DNA of 64,000 nucleotides, from assembly GCA_036172245.1 (NCBI GenBank), contig JAYWIR010000025.1:2790001-2854000 (forward strand), read 5' to 3'. A model generated the notes under the pieces. It was not told the DNA's origin and did not search any database. It saw only the letters and a program-made list of their open reading frames with translations. This document shows, one piece after another, positions 11,300 to 25,029 of this stretch. This DNA comes from Raillietiella orientalis. Lineage: Eukaryota. Position numbers and translations under genes: made by a program. Each line of letters opens with the position of its first letter. Positions within the stretch are counted from its first letter, which is position 1.

Positions 11300-14200
11300 C
11301 CTCCCCTGTCTTTTTTGTTTCCTCTCCTTCTTTCGTGTTGTACTGCGTGTTTTCCTCTCTACGCGCAACCAGGGTGCGCGCGCGACCATAGCAACGGAGC
11401 GGCGTCCTGCGAAGCCTCAAATACAACGACAGCTGGCGAAGCGTCGCCTTGCCGGTAGAAAAACGGCTCGGTTTCCTCGCCCCTTTTCCCTAGGAAAGCG
11501 TTGAGCACCCGCATCAAGCCGTGTTCCTCCCCGTTTCCGGGGCAACGAGTGCGAGGCGCTTCGAACCAGTGACGGCTGTGTCGCCACGCCAACGTAAACT
11601 GAGAAGAGAATGAGGTGCGTGCGCGTGTGTATGTGTGTGGGGGGGGGGAAGAGGAGAGAGAGAGAGAGAGAGGGCAAGCGCGAAAGACACAAACACACAC
11701 AACACACTCTCGCGGGCCGCTGCTGCTGCATACCTGACGAGGAGCGCGAGATTTCCGTGCGCGCCAGCCGCTGCAGGAGCCGGGAGGAAAAGCGTCGCCA
11801 TGCGATTCCATGGCGACCGGGCGAAACGCAGCGAACGCCCGCGCGCCGCCTGGTCTCGCGCGCGCTTGACGACGACCGCGGTGAGCACCGCTCCAGGCGG
11901 ACGCCAAGCGAGTGAGAGCGAAGAGGGGCCGCCGCAACGCGCGCCTCCAGGCCGCGTCACCTGCGCCGCCGCCGGAAAGGGAAAACGCGGGAGGTTAGCG
12001 CGCACGCGCGCCCTGGGATGGGATGAGCGTGGGCGGGAGGGACATGGGGGGAGATGATTTGTCGCTGTCGTTGCTCTTGTTGCGATGAAGGAGGATTCGG
12101 CGAAACGCGGCCTCCGGCAGTGTTTTCGTCGTCGACTTCGGCAGAACGGGTAGGGTTGGGGAATTCAGGGAGGGGGGAGGGGGATCTGGATTTCGTTGGC
12201 TAGTGGTTGATGGCAGAACTCCCCTCTCGGAGGAAGAGGTTTGGCAAACGGAATCCTCCGGATGAATTTTCCCCTTGGTGGGGGAAAAAATAAAGAAAAA
12301 AATCACGCTGCGCAATCATCATCTCTCGATGGGGATGGGACGAAGTGGTGGCTCCTGCGCCCCTCCTGACTCCTACGACCGTGCGGGAGGAGGTGCTCCC
12401 TCCTCCTCCCGCTTGTTCCTGCGCTCCCCTTTTCTGCGCACGGTGTTTTGCTTTCACCCCCGGCTGCGGAGCTCTGCTGCCTCGCGCGCCTTCCTTTCCA
12501 GGCGCCACTTTCGCGGTCTCACGATCTGAACTTTCCTTCGTGGGCACGATCTTCGAGGAAGCGTCCCCCTGCTCTCCTCGTTCGTAGGTCGTTCCCGGCT
12601 TCCTCCTGTCCCGAGGCTCCTCTCCTCTCCCTCGAAAACACGAGCAAGAGAGGGAACATCGCCAGCGAGATGCCAGGCGCCGTCTCGCGTGCGGCTCCCC
12701 TCGTCTCCCTGCTTCCTCCCCCTCCCGCCCCCGTTTGTTTTTCGCTCCTCGTTCGAAAAGGGAAAACATTTCGAGAACTCTCCTCGCCCCAACAGCGCGC
12801 ACCGACCGACCCCGGCGCGGTGGTCGTCTCCGCCGCTGGGGAGCGCATTCTTGCGTCATCCCTGCCTGCATTCCTGGCCGCCGCGCGCGCGCTCGTCGCC
12901 CCGTTTCGTCACCGCCTCGGTCGAGGCGGCTCGTGTGCGTCTCCGCGCCGTTGCTGGCCGCCGTTGCTGCTCGCCCCTGCGTGTCCCTCCGACCGCAGCA
13001 GCGGCCACAGCCCCGTCCCCACTCCTCCTGCACGTTCCCACGGGATTGGAAGGGGGGGGGGGACGCTTTCTTCTTCCCCTCGAGGAGGACAGGCGCGGCG
13101 GCAGCGACGTTCCCCGCGGGGTTCCACGCTACCCCGGAGAGCCCCGGCGACCCGGTCGTGCGTGCGCGGCGTATCCTCGACGTCGCTCGTGTGTCCGAAA
13201 ACGCGCGCGCGCGCGCGCCGTTCTCTCTCCCTTTCCTCCCTCTCCTTCCTTTCCTGTTTATAAAAAGGGGAGGGGAAAAAATTTGCGCTTTCGTAATGGA
13301 AAGCGACGGCTGCAACTTCTCAGACGGCAGCTTCCCGGAGTTCCGCCTCCCTCCGCTGGCGTCCTTGATTTCGCTTCCGCCCCTTTCCATTGTTTTCCTC
13401 TTCCTCGGAGGGAAAGCGCGCCGGTAGGGGCCGCCTGCCCGTGTGACGCGCATCTTTTAGGCCGCGTGCGGACGCTTCATTCCCCCCTCCCCCGCCCCCC
13501 CCCTCTCTCTCCTCCCGCGTCGCTGCCAAGGAAACCTGTTGAGGTTGCGACCGTCTTGCGATCCGCCAACCCTCGGCCACCGTGGCTCGGGGACGGCGTC
13601 TTCCCGCGTGACCGCCGACCACCTCGCGGCCCTGCGAGCGGCGCCGACAGGTACCCTCGGAACGGCGAGAGCGCTTTACCTGCCGGGAAGGGAGGGCGAG
13701 CTTCTCCGTTTCGCCGACATGCGGCGCGCGCGGCGCGCACGTTCCGTGACGTCGCGTCGGACCGGTCTCCCGGACGTAGCAGCGGCAACCGTCGTGGCGC
13801 AAAGAACCGCCTCGCGCGCGACGTGAGGGGAGGGAGGGCGGGAGGGAGGGGGGGGGGGGTTGACAGCAGCGGAGGCAAAGGAGGGCGAGCCTCGCGGCAG
13901 CAAAGCAGCCGGCCGCCATCTTGGCGGAACACATCTTGCCATCACCTCACGCGAGCACGCCGCACCGCCGCTCCGATTCCCATCCAGCGGCAGGAATTGG
14001 ACCCGAAGGCGATGGCGCGCGGGAAGAGGGGGCAAACGGACCCTAAGAGGGGAGGGAGCAGCGAGATGCCGGAAAAGCAGCTCTGCGCGTTTTTTTCCTT
14101 TTTTTTTTTTTCCTTTCGTGGTCGTCCCAGACGGAGCGGGCGGGTGCGCTGCTCCCTCCCGCCCGCGAACGCGACGGCCATTTTCCATGGGACGTGGAAT

Positions 14201-14300
14201 GATCTGCTGCTCCTCCACACTCCTCTGACCTCTGTCCGATTCCTTCCACCCCTCCCTCTCTGGAAGGGGGTGGCGGCAGCTCGCAGCGATCGCCCGCCCA
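11300..14300. promoter_or_regulatory. CpG-island-like putative promoter region
   Basis: Extreme CpG density; (CG)n run 13202-13218; TATAAAAA 13259-13266; YY1-type GCCGCCATCTTG 13912-13923; G-run cluster 13825-13859; X-box-like sites at 11533 and 11804. No downstream coding exon was identified. Confidence 0.4.
11654..11672. repeat. (GA)n microsatellite within a GT/G/CA simple-repeat cluster (~11615-11710)
   Basis: Directly visible. Confidence 0.9.
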
Positions 14301-17300
14301 CCTAGTGCGGACCCCCGTCGCCCCTACCCGTCGCATCTTCACTACGTGCGCCGGTCGTCGGAAGGACGGCTCCTCCCCCCCTCCTCCTCCTCCCGCCCAA
14401 GGTCGCCGTGCAGGGGTGCTGTGCTCGTAACGGAACGCGACGCGCGCGTCCCCTTCCGCGCCGACCTCGCTCTCTGGATCGCGTGCGGCTTCGGAATGTC
14501 CTGAGGGGATGTCTGCCGCCTTTTCCCTTTTCCACGGGTGTCGGGAAAAAGGAGGAATCAGGCGGGGGAGGAGAGGAAGAGAGGATGGATGCGCTCCCTA
14601 GACCTCCTCATCCCTCCCCGCCTTCTATGATGCCCCCGTCGCCGCCGCGGTTTTCCTTGGCAACCTCCGGCGGTGCCCTGGGAGGAGGTTGAGGGTGGAC
14701 TGCGTCTTCCTGTCTTCGCGGAGGAAGAAAAGCGCTTGCCTTCGCGCGGGGATGCCTCATCTCGGACCATCGCCCCTCCCCCTCCCCCCTTCGTCTTCCG
14801 GCGGGGCTGCTCCGGATGACTGACTTTCCCGATCTCCTCGTGCGCCCGCCATGCCTCTTCCTCCTCCGTCCGACCTCTCTGATGCTCCCGCCTCCTCGCA
14901 GCCCGAGGCCACGGTTGCTGCCTGAGGATGGGGCCTTCCTGGCTTTGTCCACTCTTTCGCTCCCCATCGTCATGGCTTCTTCGGGAGGAGGCGTCGGGCC
15001 GAGCTCTTCCAGTAAGGCGAGGAAGGGAGGAAAGAGGGGTGGGAGTGTGGGGGTGTGAGAGCTCGGCAGACCATCTCCCAGGCCCTCTCTCTGCCTCCGC
15101 TGACGGCGACTTCAGCAAGATCACGAGATGATCTCCGGGTGGTAGGATCCAGCAGTCGAATCACCTACGATTTGCCCTTCCCGCTTCTACGGGATCGTTC
15201 CTTCCTGGATCTCGGGCGAAGTTCCTGTCCAGGGCAGGTCTCGACAGTTGAAGCCGCCGGGCAACTCGACCAAGCCCTAGTCTTCCTCCTGCCGCTGTAG
15301 GTTGCTCTTCCCGTCAAAGTCCTGCAGGACAAAAGGACACAACAGAGCGGAAAGACGGGGAAGGAAAGGAGAGAAAGAGCAGCGAGGAGTCAGTCCCGGG
15401 TCGCACCCTTCTCGGAAGCGCTAGGAAATCAGAACCACCCCACCCCGGGTGGTCATCGCAGGCAGCTTCGGAAGCAGCCTGCTCTTGCCCCGGAAAAGGT
15501 CGGGCTCACGGGTTTCGCGAACCCCGCGGCTTCTCACCTTCCGGGGCATCTCTTCCTGGTCTGCGCCGCTCTGGCGATTCCCGCAGTCGATCCAGGCTTC
15601 TCTCTCTAGGATGGCTGGAAACGGGTTGGCCAGCAGCTGACGTCTCACGTTTCTCCGGTGAAGGAAGGAAGGTAGTGGTGGGGCGGAGGCTTCCTGTATC
15701 ACGCACGCCTGGATTCTGGAACGAGGGGGGTCCAGGAATGGGAACTGAAGTTCACACCGACCCGTTCTCCAGAGGCTCCATCGTGAACGTGCCCCATCGC
15801 GGGAGGTGGACGGTTGCCTTCGCAGAGACTCGCAAGACCAGGTGTCTCTTCTTTGCCGAGGAAACTGTCCGGCTCCTCGCCCTCCGTCGCAATGCCACGA
15901 GATCGAGCATCTCCTCCCAGCGAAATTTCGGCTCTCTCGGAATGCCACCTTCCGGTCAGGTGCCTGACGGATGCATCGCGCTCCGAATCCCCTGGTTCTT
16001 GCAGGAACCGGCTTCCTCCGCTCTGCATGGCCTCCGAGGTGTCGCTCACGAACCTCTCCCTGAGTTGCCCAAGGGAGAGTCTTCTGGACCGTTTGTCTGG
16101 CTCAGGCGGCATCCTGATCGGATCGCTCTCGAGGTCGCTGTACAGGAGCGTCGTCCGTCCCCTCGGATTCTTTAAGATGAAGCCGCGAGATACTCTCGGA
16201 TGACCATGGTTTCTCCATCGTGTTCTCCCTTGGCTTCTTCTGTATTTGGACCTACTGAATTCTTGAGCTGATCGCCGAGGTTAGACGATGTGATGAAACT
16301 TCCAAGAGGAGCTCTTGCAGGATGACACTCTGCACATCTAACCAGAGCTTCGGGAGTCCTGCTCTCCGCGGCTTTGCATTTGTGAACTGCAGGTCTCTGA
16401 TGCCTTCCTACCCCCTTCCTTTGCTCCTCCTCCACCTGGTGAGGATGCGACTTTAAGGAATCTGTCAGTCGCATTTTCCTCTACCTGTGAGAGACCAAGA
16501 AGCGACGAGGAAGAGAGGAATGTGATAATGACTGGGTGTAACAATGGATGGGCAACGGAGCGACACAGGATTTAACAGTGCGATGTGCACTCATTGTTGC
16601 CGTTGCCGGAGAGACGCAGCAACGGAGACGCAGTCCTTTGGTTCCTTTGATGGGTAAAGAAAAATGAAAGAACAAACGGGCTATCAAAATTGACGAGCAT
16701 CCCATTTTAATCGACGGCAAGACTTCGACGAGTAGCAGACACACCTGTTGAAACGACAAGCTATCGGGGATACTCGGCCAGCGGAACTGGTCAGGACTTG
16801 TGTGAGCTGGAACAAGGAGGCGAGAGAGCGTCGCTGAAAGGGTTTCTCTGGAGAATATCCGGAAGGTGAGATGAAAAGGCGGAGAGCATTTTCGGATAGC
16901 CACAGGAAGCAGGCTGCCGCGTTCGCGAGGCGGGCGGTGTTCGTCCATCGGTGGTGCCGGGTGCGCCAGGAGGCAGGTTTGACCGAAAACTCCTAGTCGC
17001 CAACCGGTTGCCGGACAGCTCGTAAATCTAAAATTTCATTTTTTCGGTTGATGCCTGCATACACGCATGACTCCGAACGAGAGGCCGTGGTGCGTTGCTA
17101 GGTGTTTCCTCTGCATCTCCGCAGCAGCCAGTTTTGCGGGGTTGATTGATGAGCAGGAATGCAGAAAAAAATCTCCTCTTAGGATACAAGTATTTCGAAT
17201 GGAGGAGCCATTGCTCATCCGAGCTAACCGCTGACGCATGTTCTGCGTTTCTTCCTAATATGGACCGAGGTTTGCTGGAGTCTTGGTCTCCAAGGTGGCA

Positions 17301-19913
17301 GAGTTGGTCCCACGTGACGGGGAGGGGGGATAAAAATAAAAATAAAGAAAAAGAAGAAAAAAAGGAAACAAAAGGAAGAGCGAAAGTTCCTCCGCCACCA
17401 TCATCACTTTGCATTGAAAAAGAGAGAAAGAAAGAAAAAGGAAATTAAGCGTAAGTAGGGGGGAAGGCGGTCATTAGGAAAGCGAAGTGCGTCTGCTGGG
17501 GAGTACCGACTTTACACCGTTGCCGGACCCGAGTTTGTCGTAAAGAATTCGACCTTTCCAGCCTCACGCGGACTCGCGCGCAAGACTCCCGGTCCATAAA
17601 TAAAAACGCGCGCCCGAAAGAAAGGAAGGAAAGTCCATCCGAAAATACTAATGGTGGGGAGCGTGGGAGGAGGGGGTGCAAGAGGGGAAGGACTTGGCGC
17701 TTTTTTTCTTTTCCCTTTTTTTTTTTCCCGGAGATTATTCTTCCGGGAAGTATTTTCCCAAGATTGGAGGCGCGCTGGACCCGAACCTCGCTGAAAACGA
17801 GATGAAGAAGAACGCGGAGGTGATTTATCGAGCGGGAGAGACCTCGCCGCGGTCACTGGCGGGGAGGGGGGGGGGAGCGCGGTGATTAATGGGTCCTCGC
17901 TTTGCACTAACCAAATAACGTGAACCGGACAGCGGCGAGGCTTCCCGGAGACGGCGCACGTCACTGTCCTGCCGGGTCAGACTCCCCTATTTCAGGAGGG
18001 AGCAGGAGGGTGAAGGCAGAGCAGGGGAAAGGGGCGAGATCCCTACCCCCTCCTCCTCCCTTCGCACGGTCGCGCTTCGCACCTTCCCGGGAGAGGCGCA
18101 GGTCAAGGAAAAACGCTTGCCGCGGTCGATCCTCCGGGAACTGGAAAACTGTGAGGAGTCCCTCCGGCAACGGAAGAGACGGAAAAGGGTCAAGGGGTGG
18201 CCCCTTCCTCCTCTCCGGGGTGGCACGTGGGAGCCCGCGGGAGTCCGGAATTCTCCGGCTGCTTCCTCTCGCACTGGCCCTGCGCGACTCGACTGGAATC
18301 CGCGAAAGCCGCCGGGGAAAGGGGGAAGGGGCGTAGCGTCGAAAGTTCGACTCCCACTTTGCCGGAGCATCCCCCTAGAGGGTGGGGTGATCCTGACATC
18401 TCCTCCCGGGATAGCCACGCCGTCGAGGCCGCTGGCTCCGGACCAAGGCAGCAGTGGCCAAGGGGTGCCAGCTGCCGCAGTGTCTGCGGCCCACGGGGAC
18501 TTGCCCGTTCCGAGATCGCCGGCCCGCTGCTTCTGGGCCCCGAACCCGCCCGTGCTTGGGGAGCCTCCTCCACCAGCGCTGACCTAGGTCACCGAGGCGG
18601 GCGCGCCCAAAGGCGAATGGAGCAGCCCACGACCTTGTTGCCGGCGAGCCAGCCGGGTGATGGCGGAGTGCTGGTGCCGCCGGCGCTGCGATGGCACCCC
18701 TCGCGTACGACGGGCCCGGTGATCCCGCTTCCCGGTCCACACAGATAAAGGAAGGGAGGAGAGGAAAGAAGTTGGGGGGGGGGGGAAGAGGAATCGAAGG
18801 ACGTGCCCTTTCTTCCCTCCCCTCCTCCCCTTCTCGACTTTCGCTTGCTCGCCAGAGAGCGAGGATGTGTCGACGGGAAAACGGCAGAGTCGAGGGAGGA
18901 GCAGCAGAGGAGGAGGAGGAGGAAATAGGGTGAAAGAGGGGGGAGGGATGTAAGGATGGCCTCTCCTCCTCCTCCGCCTCCACATCTCGCGAAGCGCTCC
19001 ACCTTCGAACGAAGAGGAAGAGCGCAGCATTTCCTCCTCCCCCGGTAGTGCGCGCGGGCACGGGCTCCGAGAAAGTCGTAAGTGGGGAGAGCGCGATCGA
19101 CGCCTCGTGAGAGCGCACGGCTTTTCAGTACCCGTCGTCAAGCGCAACGCGGGAGTCGCGCAAAACTCTTCCGCTCAACGGAGGCGAACTTCGGGGCAGG
19201 GGAGAGCAGAGAAGAGGAGGAGGAGGAGGGCACGGAGACGGGGAGTGGGGGGGGGGGACGAGATGGAATGGACAAAAAAAAAAAAAATATGGCGGGCTAC
19301 TGCTGCGCGTCGTCGTCAGACGCCCACTCTCTGCTGTCCGATCGGCGTAGCTCGGTGCGTGCGTGCCCGCGAGCCTGCGTGCGCCCGTCCTGAAATACGC
19401 GCTCCAGGCGCCGCCGCATCTCATTCCTTGGCAATCCGGAGGGGAACGAGGCGGACTTCCGAGGGAGCCTCCCCCTGCCCTCCAACCGTCGGTAGGAAGG
19501 GGGGCGGCGAGGCGGAGGAGGAGGGGATGAGGTGTTTGCAAGTGGCTGCTCCATCTACTCGCCTTCCGCACGAGTTTCCCGGAGGGAGCAGCGGCTGGCT
19601 GACAATGGTAACCGCGGTGACGGGTGGCACGCTGATTCGAGCGCTTTTATGTCTTCCGGACGTGTCCCGGAGGGAAGCGGGCCGGGGTTTGTCTTCATCT
19701 CTTCTGCAGAGGAGGCGCGGAGGACATGACCGCTGCATCCGCCGGCTGCGCCGCCGCATCTTCGAATGCTGAGCCCGCCCGCGAGACGGCATGCTCTCGT
19801 CTCAGCATCCCCGAAACCGCCGCCGGGGAAGGAAACCAGCCGCCGTCCTGCTTGCTGCCGAGCGCGCTGGGCCCTCGCCGCTGCCTCGGCGTTTCGCTTC
19901 CCGAGGAGAGCCC

Positions 19914-19927
19914 GTTCCCATGGAAAC
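19914..19927. promoter_or_regulatory. RFX X-box match GTTCCCATGGAAAC
   Basis: Matches the consensus GTHNYY-AT-RRNAAC. Confidence 0.45.
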
Positions 19928-20449
19928 GGTTAGAGCTCGCACGTGAGAGCGCAGCCCTTCCATCCGAAGGACCCGCTCGCCTTCGACTGCCGTTCCTCAC
20001 TTTCTGCGAGAGGGACGCAGCCTCCGGTTCCCTATCCTGGCGCTCAGCTCCCACTGTCCTGAGGGCGACACATCTAGGGGGAGGATTACCCTCCCTGACC
20101 AGTGCTTCAGGTTACAAAAAGTCTTCTGGGTCTCCGCGTGCTCCGCCGGAGCCTCCCCGGCAGCACCAGAGGCAGAGTCCCGAAGGAAGGGTCGTACATC
20201 GCTGACTCTCTCCGGGAGAGACTTTGCGGATTAGGTCAGAAAGGGGGCTTCGAAGACTACCGGGACCCCCACCCTTCTCAGGGGATCCCACAGTTCCTTT
20301 CTCCCACCTTTCGTCTTCCTCTTTGTTCTGTGACTGCATCCCCTGCCATCCAGCCGATTGGCATGGTTTCACCCCCTGGGGCATAGGACCAGACAGCAGC
20401 CCTCAGTCCCTTTTCCTCCGGAGGGCTGGAGGTCCGCAATCCGTGCCTA

Positions 20450-23400
20450 CCCCAAAGCCCAATAAACGCGGTGCCGGAGGGCACGGTAGAAAAGGCATCG
20501 AGGCCCCGGCATGTGCGATCGGTCGGGCCTCAGCTGCAGCAGGCTGAAGAATTAGCAGCAGCAGCAGCAGAAGCTGTGCCTCAAATGTAAGCCCTTCAGA
20601 AGTCACTCCACGGAAGCCGTCGGTTCTTGCATGGGAAGAGGATTCCTCAAAGTGCTCTCTCTGGGAACGAGTGCCTCTGTAGGGGAAGGAGTAGGGGGGA
20701 GGGAGAGAGAGAAAGAGACCCTCGCCGTACCTCAATTCTTCCCTACCTCCTCCTTCTTCCTACACTTTGATTTTAGCCAAAAGACCGAGAAGCCAAAAAG
20801 CCAAAAGCCCTTTTCCCTCCTCTTTCCTCCTCCTCTTCTTCCCTTCCTTCTCCTTCTCTTTCCTTCCTTCTACGTATTTTCGGTTTGCTCTCTGGAAGCA
20901 AATCTCCAGATGGGGAGCGCGGCCGAAGACGCTGCTTCTTAGGCAACGCGAAGAAATTCTCCGGGGCAGGGATTCCCTGCGACTCCATCTGAAGGTGCTC
21001 TCCTAGAAGATTTGCTGCTTCCAGGCCAAGAGTGCGATCTTCGACACTCCCAGGCGGAAGTGCTGGCAGCTTCCGCCCGATCTGCCGGAGGCGACTCCTC
21101 CGCCTAGACGGTGTCTAGTCCGCTTCCTAGTGCGCCGAAGATCATGGTATCGTGGCGGCAGTTCCCTCCCCGGGAGGGACGGTGAGCGGACGCAGGCGAC
21201 AGGATCCGCTCCCCACCTTCCGGTCTTCGGATTTCTAGCCGAGGTCCACAGGAAGGCCCCTCTCTCCGGATCTGTCTCCGTCCCAGATCTCTGGACCATT
21301 CGCTTAAAGTAAATAAATACAATTCACGCAGTCGGCGAGGGTCGGCCGAAGGGCAGATGGGACGGAAAGGGGGTCATCTCGCAGTGATGACCGCAATTCC
21401 GGGATGCGGCACTGCCTCGCGGGCAGGGACGGGAGCAAACTGAGAAGGGGCATGGGGCGCGTTCCGAGCCTCCCCTGAGCCCCGCATTCCGGATTAGACC
21501 CTTTCCACGCCCCTCTGCTCCGGAGACCGCCGTGGAGGATCGCCGTCCAGGAAGCAAGAGGTCATCTCGGGGAGGTAAAAATTCCTCCGAAGGGGGGTCT
21601 AGGGGTGCAGCATCGAGGGTCTGAGGGGTTGCTGCGGTGCGTCCCCATCCATCCCTGCTGTAGCCTCTGGAGCATTCCTAAGACGCTCGGGATAGGACTC
21701 CCGCCGTCTCGCGGGGCAAGGGTACACTCCTAGGGGACCCTCCCCTCTTGGGCATGGTGGTGTTCCTCGCCCGGAGGAGGACCCCGGCGCACCAGCAAAG
21801 TGGAAGCGCACCGGTAGCCAAGAGGGAAGGCGGAGGCGTCCGCCGGGCTGCCCGGGACTCTCTAGGATTCTGCCCCGAGCAGCTCGATCCGCCTTTGCGG
21901 ATCTCGGACGAAGTCTTTGGAAGCAGTTTCTCTCGCCAGCCCAGGCGTCTTCCATCGAGCGACGGACTCAGTGACCTCTGAGATCCAGCAGGTAACCAGA
22001 AGACGACCTTTTGCTTCCGGAAACGTCATCCTGCATTCTGCAGTCTCTTTGTTGCTACCTCTTGGGAGAGGTGGACCGCCCTTCCTTCACTGGTCCTTGT
22101 GGAGACCACACCAAGAGGCTGGAAGTGTGCGATCTCGCAGGATGGAAGATGAGGGAAGCGCAGAGCGGCATGGATAGCGCCTCCCCGCGCTTCCCGCAAG
22201 TGCCGTCGGATGCGGCTCCGTCGCCTTTAGCCGAGTAGATGGATGCCCGCGGTGGCGAGCCGGCTGGCTTTTAGCCGAGCGCCCCGCGACACGATCTGGC
22301 CGGACTCAGTGGCCCACTGGAGCTGCCCAGATTTTCTAGCAAAGATTCCCCCTGCTCTTTAGGGAAGGGAGGGGGGGGGGGAGAACGTTCAAACCGAGTT
22401 CCGGTGGGCTGTTCGCTCCCTTTCGGCACATCCCCCGTCGACTCTTCTGCGCCGCCTGCTCACGAAAGCATGACTCCCGGTTAGCTCGCTGAAAGCGGCA
22501 GCGAAGCGCACCGAGAGAAGCTCGGGAGGTAGGGGAGAGTGTGCTTTTTTCCTGCTTCCTTTTTGGCCTTTCCCTCTCGTTCATCCTGGGGACCGTGAAG
22601 AAGAGCTCGAGGGTCAGTCCCTGGAGTCCTCTCCCTCTTCCATACAGCAGAAAGGATGTCTTCGTCAGCACCATGCTGCTCGTCCCAAAGAGGACCTCTT
22701 TCCCCCTGCCGAAGCTTCTACCAGCCAACCGACCATCGTCACCATCTCCATCTACATCATCTCCTGGCCCACGTCTGCGCATTTTTCCTCCTTCTAGATC
22801 TTCGGGCGGACGGCACGGCGGCTCACCCTTAGTTTCGGTTCTCACAGCCCCAAGAGAATGGGGAAAGGGATGGACGCTCTGTAGACTGGAAGCGCGGGAG
22901 TCCAGGCTGATTAAGGAAAGCTGCATGCCTCATTAGGCAAGCTCTGATTTCGGGATTTCAGGCTCTGGCGTCTTGCCGGTGCGAGCAACAGGGACGGACG
23001 GCGCTTTTAGTGGCTGGAGCGAACTCGCTCGCTGGATGGAACCGAGCAGGGTCAAGAGAGGAGCCTAGGGTGAGGGGGGGGAGAAAGTAGGGCCAAGTTT
23101 CGAGCTCTGGTCCTTGGCTGTCCGTCGTCCGGGGATACAAAGTGCGTGACGCGTGCGCATGCAGATTGAGCCGCGAGGTGCAAAGGCGCGCCACTCATCT
23201 GGAGCGTGGTGCCCTTCCTTGCGTATCTTCTGTTTTCATTACGAAGCTGTCCGGACCCGCGGCTTCGGCACGTGGTTTCTCGGTAGCGCCGGACTGACCT
23301 CTCGCGCGCACCTCATTGGCTAGTCCGCGATGCAAACACTCTTGCAATTTGTATCTTCTTTCCTTGCTGCCTCCGAAACGGACGGTTTCCCGCTGCGGAG

Positions 23401-23850
23401 GCTCGTGTTTTCCTTCCCCGCTGCCGCCTTTCCTGCCTTCTCCGTCCTCGGAATTTTCCGTCCTCTGGTGCGTTCGGTGAGGCGAGGCTTCAGTCACCGG
23501 GACGACTGGAAGCGGACGGCCTCGAGGCGGCCTGGAACCACAAATCGAACCTAGTCAGGTTGTTGCCACCCGGAAGTGAAAGTTCATCTCCTGAGACCTC
23601 TGTAGCGCGGATCCGAAAATGACATCCTGCTCAAAACGAAAAAAAAAGTCAGCTTTCAACAAGCCATATCGTTCATCTCAGGTGCTCATTAACCTGGAAT
23701 GATCCCCACTTCATCTCTTGTGCCTTCGCGAGATGCAGTAATGATCTCCGTAAACAGCTATCGTCTAGACAAAGGCAAATCATTTGGACAGTTTTCCAGT
23801 TTCATCCGCGTCTCTGTGACCTCAGACGTAATTGGGCATCTTCCCTTAAT
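20450..23850 (-). mobile_element. Highly decayed L1/Tx1-like ORF2 relic
   Basis: Ordered residual motifs on the minus strand: PITSEVTETRMKL (~23820, domain 0), FVVPGRL (~23535, domain 2), GPVKEGRSTSP and RMQDDV (~22090-22025, domains 4/5), GAFLW...KIALLAWK (~21255-21015) and MPFLPCP (~20490, possible zf-RVT). Confidence 0.35.
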
Positions 23851-25029
23851 TGGACTCGGCTCTAATGGACTGTCCCTCTCTTCCTCTTCAGCAGGTTTCG
23901 TCTCATTTCCGAGGAAGTGTCGGAGAAAGCGCTGTACTGAAGATCTCTGCAGACGAGAGTATTTCTGGTATCCGAAGGGTGACACCCTCATTTTTTCTGG
24001 ATCGCCTGCTGGAGGACTTTTTGAGAAGTTTCAAGCCCTCGTGTGAATGCCATCTCTCTTTGTTTCCTCAGAGTCGAGACTCTCGAAGAGGAGTATCTCC
24101 AGCGTCTTGCTGCATTCACTCGGTTCTCTCTCTCTCTTTTTTGATTTTTTGCGTGTTTTCGGCCTCACATCCTTCTTGTTAGGAGGACTCGCTCCCCTTT
24201 CCCTGAAGCTTAGCCTGGACCTTAGCTCAGCCCTGGGTGGCAAATCTTTGGAAGGTTCCTCCTTCCCACCTCAGTCTAGAGGGAATGGAAGGCATTCGGG
24301 GAGGCGCTCACGTTCGTCCACAGCACGTCCCGAGAGAGCTCCGAGTTGCGCTGAGGTGCGTGACGTCACGGCGGGCCTCGCGTGTAGCAGTTTCTGGCAC
24401 GAACGTTCGGCCTCTAACCCCCCCCCCCTCCGCCCCCGCCTTAAACCGTTGCACGCTCTGTGCATGCATCTGAACACACGCGCGCGCGTGCAAAACGGAC
24501 AGGTTTGCTGAAAGGCACGCGCAAAGTTGAGCGTCGAAAGCGCTGCTGGCAGAGGCGCTGCGTGTCTTTCCGGTCCCGCGTCCTCAGCGTCAACCGCCGC
24601 GAAAGGGGATGGGCGCAGAGCCTTTCTTCCTTTCCCTCTGGGTTACTGTCGTTCCCGGGCGGGCGTGCCGGGGAAGGAGAGGGGGGGGGGGAGTTTACTG
24701 CTACTGCTTCGAAGGCAATGCGCTCCCGCCGCCTTTGAAGGCTACGTGTGCACGCGTCTTGCTAGTCGGTTGCTCGCAACCGTGTGGATTCGATTCTCCG
24801 ATGCTGGACCATCATTGCATCAGGCAGCGGAGCGCTCCCGCTCGAACGCCTCCGGGAGCTAAGATACCGGAGAGAGGATTCGCCAACTTTCGGGGCGCGT
24901 ACGCACGTAGGCCAGCAGCGATCCCTCGGGACGAATCCGACACTTCTTAGAGGAGTGCCGCCACCTGCACCCAGCCCCGGTCTTTCCTTTGAGGGTCCTT
25001 TCCAATTCATCCTCTCCTCTCTTTCGGGA

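Noticed and set aside
12200..14305. Long ORFs of 417 aa (-) and 538 aa (+)
   Set aside because: R/P/G/A-rich translations of a CpG island that cross homopolymer runs; no protein family signal.
15165..17030. Minus-strand splice-acceptor-like sites (~15322, ~16485, ~17028) suggesting host exons; gag-like QLRERFVSD word
   Set aside because: The candidate exons contain stops or give no recognisable protein, and the gag-like motifs are out of order.
21100..21150. YHDLRRT tyrosine-recombinase-like motif on the minus strand
   Set aside because: Isolated; no upstream catalytic R or downstream LGH/Y motifs, and the context fits an L1-like relic better.
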